From positions 4,835 to 68,834 of the forward strand of contig JBGSWU010000181.1 of NCBI GenBank assembly GCA_041751795.1: a stretch of 64,000 nucleotides of DNA. Reading direction: 5' to 3'. Shown here piece by piece: positions 62,750-64,000 of this stretch; within the stretch, counting starts at the first letter, position 1, and each line of letters starts with the position of its first letter. Source of the stretch: Thermomicrobiales bacterium. GTDB taxonomy: Bacteria; Chloroflexota; Chloroflexia; Thermomicrobiales; CFX8. The position numbers and the translations under genes are program-made. The notes below the pieces were generated by a model. It was not told the origin of the DNA, searched no databases, and worked only from the letters and a program-made list of their open reading frames with translations.

Positions 62750-64000
62750 ATGAATACTTTGTCGTTTCGCCCACCACGATCAGTTGCAGGTTTTAACCTC
62801 CTTGCAGCCCTCCTCGTTGCTCTCACGATCTCAGGCATGTGGTTTTCAGTTGGCTTCGCACAATCGGAAGACATCGGAGTCGTTACCGGCACCGTCCGAA
62901 ACGAAACGACCGGTGAAACGATTCCCGGGGCCGAAGTGACGATCTCGAAGTTCGCCGACCAATCAGGGGCCAGCGAGGACACAACGACGACGGCGGACGA
63001 CGCTGGCGTATTCACGTTCGAGAACCTCGACGTTTCAGATGGCTTCGCATACGCAGTGTCGACGCGATATATGGGAGTGCTGTACGCATCGACGATGATC
63101 CTCCTTAGCAACGACAGCGAGCAGGGGGTTGACATCGTCGTCTTCGACTCGACGACCGATCAATCGGTCATCAGTATTCCGACTCGAGGACTCATCGTCA
63201 GCGGACTCGATCCTGAAATCGGTGTGCTCTCTGTGACTGATGCCTACACGTTCGAGGTCTCCGGCAACCAGACAGTCGTTGAAGGCGGCGACGGTTACAG
63301 CGTCAAGTTTCCGGTTCCTGAGAACGTCGAAGAAATCACTCCACGTCCAGGGTTCAATTTCGGAACTGCCCGGGTCGAAGAGACGAGTGTCCTAGTAACG
63401 ACGGCGCTCAAGCCCGGGCAAACAAACGCGTCGTTGGAATACGATTTCAACTACACAGGAACTTCCATCGAAGTGCCGATCGACGCTGCTTACCCGACGC
63501 GAACATTTCAGATACTCATCCCCGTTTCTTTGAGCGACGATGACATCAGTGTGTCGGCAGCTGGTGTTCAGATTCTCGACGCCGGTCTCGTTCCAATCAA
63601 TGGACGGGATTACCATGTCTGGCGAGCGGACGTCCTCCCAATAGACTCGACGATGACGTTGACGATAGCCGGACTTCCAAGTCCACCGACCGTGAACAGC
63701 TTGAGCACGCTGGAGCCAGCAATCCTCGCCGGACTCGCCGTGCTCGCCGCCGCCGCGATCACCGGCTGGGTCGTTGTATCGAGAGGACTCCACAGACCTC
63801 GACCGGTCGAACTTGCTCCAGCGGCCGCAGCTCCGCTCGACGAACGTCGAGAAGAGCTCTCGGCAGATCTACGGGCACTCGAATCCGCCTGGTTCGCCGG
63901 GAATGTTCCTGAACCGGAGTACCGATCGTCGAGAAAGCTCATCCTCGAAGAACTTCGGAGCATCTCGCGACAGTATCGAGGACTGGGCGACGACGAATAG
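62750..64000 (+). CDS. Exported protein with a carboxypeptidase-regulatory-like (CarboxypepD_reg) domain, a C-terminal TM helix and a short cytoplasmic tail
   Basis: 416 aa, with the stop at the window end. Signal/anchor LLAALLVALTISGMWF, then VVTGTVRNETTGETIPGAEVTISKF (CarboxypepD_reg-like), TM AILAGLAVLAAAAITGWVVV, and a tail with a SHOCT-like pattern (GNVPEPEYRSSRKLILEEL). Confidence 0.6.
   Translation: MNTLSFRPPRSVAGFNLLAALLVALTISGMWFSVGFAQSEDIGVVTGTVRNETTGETIPGAEVTISKFADQSGASEDTTTTADDAGVFTFENLDVSDGFAYAVSTRYMGVLYASTMILLSNDSEQGVDIVVFDSTTDQSVISIPTRGLIVSGLDPEIGVLSVTDAYTFEVSGNQTVVEGGDGYSVKFPVPENVEEITPRPGFNFGTARVEETSVLVTTALKPGQTNASLEYDFNYTGTSIEVPIDAAYPTRTFQILIPVSLSDDDISVSAAGVQILDAGLVPINGRDYHVWRADVLPIDSTMTLTIAGLPSPPTVNSLSTLEPAILAGLAVLAAAAITGWVVVSRGLHRPRPVELAPAAAAPLDERREELSADLRALESAWFAGNVPEPEYRSSRKLILEELRSISRQYRGLGDDE

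Noticed and set aside
1-64000. A search for a multi-gene novel system (defence island, prophage, toxin-antitoxin pairs, CRISPR, retron, biosynthetic cluster).
   Set aside because: Nearly every gene is assignable to a housekeeping family. I saw no transposases or integrases, no long repeats and no obvious compositional break. The unexplained ORFs are isolated rather than clustered. I therefore do not claim such a system.

Overview
The window reads as a dense, syntenic stretch of bacterial chromosome, moderately GC-rich by eye. It is almost entirely housekeeping and has about 55 protein genes.

**Main content**
- Translation: mnmG, gatB, valS, serS, proS, efp.
- DNA repair, unusually well represented: nfo, mpg, mutL, uvrA, uvrB, xseA/xseB, dinG.
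- Central metabolism: gdh, pfk, glpX, sdhCDAB, two aldehyde dehydrogenases, tyrA, aroQ.
- Other protein genes: rho, an rmlD plus glycosyltransferase cluster, a DegS/DegU-like two-component pair, and a NuoG/NuoI-like pair.
- RNA genes: two tRNA-Ser immediately after serS, and a large Bacillus-type SRP RNA on the minus strand at about 62350-62621. That region is covered only by spurious ORFs in the track.
- Regulatory elements: a Val T-box leader with its promoter upstream of valS, several near-consensus sigma-70 promoters, and many intrinsic terminators.

The T-box, the large SRP RNA, the Rho N-terminal extension and Firmicutes-like synteny (aroQ-pepP-efp-accB...xseAB) suggest a Terrabacteria-type lineage, Chloroflexota- or Firmicutes-like. 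That is inference only.

**What I did not find**
I see no transposases, integrases, CRISPR arrays or a defence island. I cannot support a multi-gene novel system here.

**Most interesting signals: two apparent recoding or disruption events about 4 kb apart**
1. A Spx/ArsC-family gene has an in-frame TGA exactly at the first Cys of the CXXC motif. A hairpin with a bulged U and a GU-containing loop follows it. This is a candidate selenoprotein; the alternative is a fresh pseudogene.
2. An AroM-family gene is split by an in-frame TAG, with an ATG 3 nt downstream.

**Secondary observations**
- An orphan NuoG/NuoI-like pair.
- A roughly 235-aa Q/P/R/D-rich N-terminal extension on Rho.
- A Cheo-type LexA-box candidate at uvrA.
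- A Nudix-fold protein with a degenerate Nudix box.
- Several uncharacterised membrane or secreted proteins.
- A partial CDS at the left edge that is absent from the ORF track.
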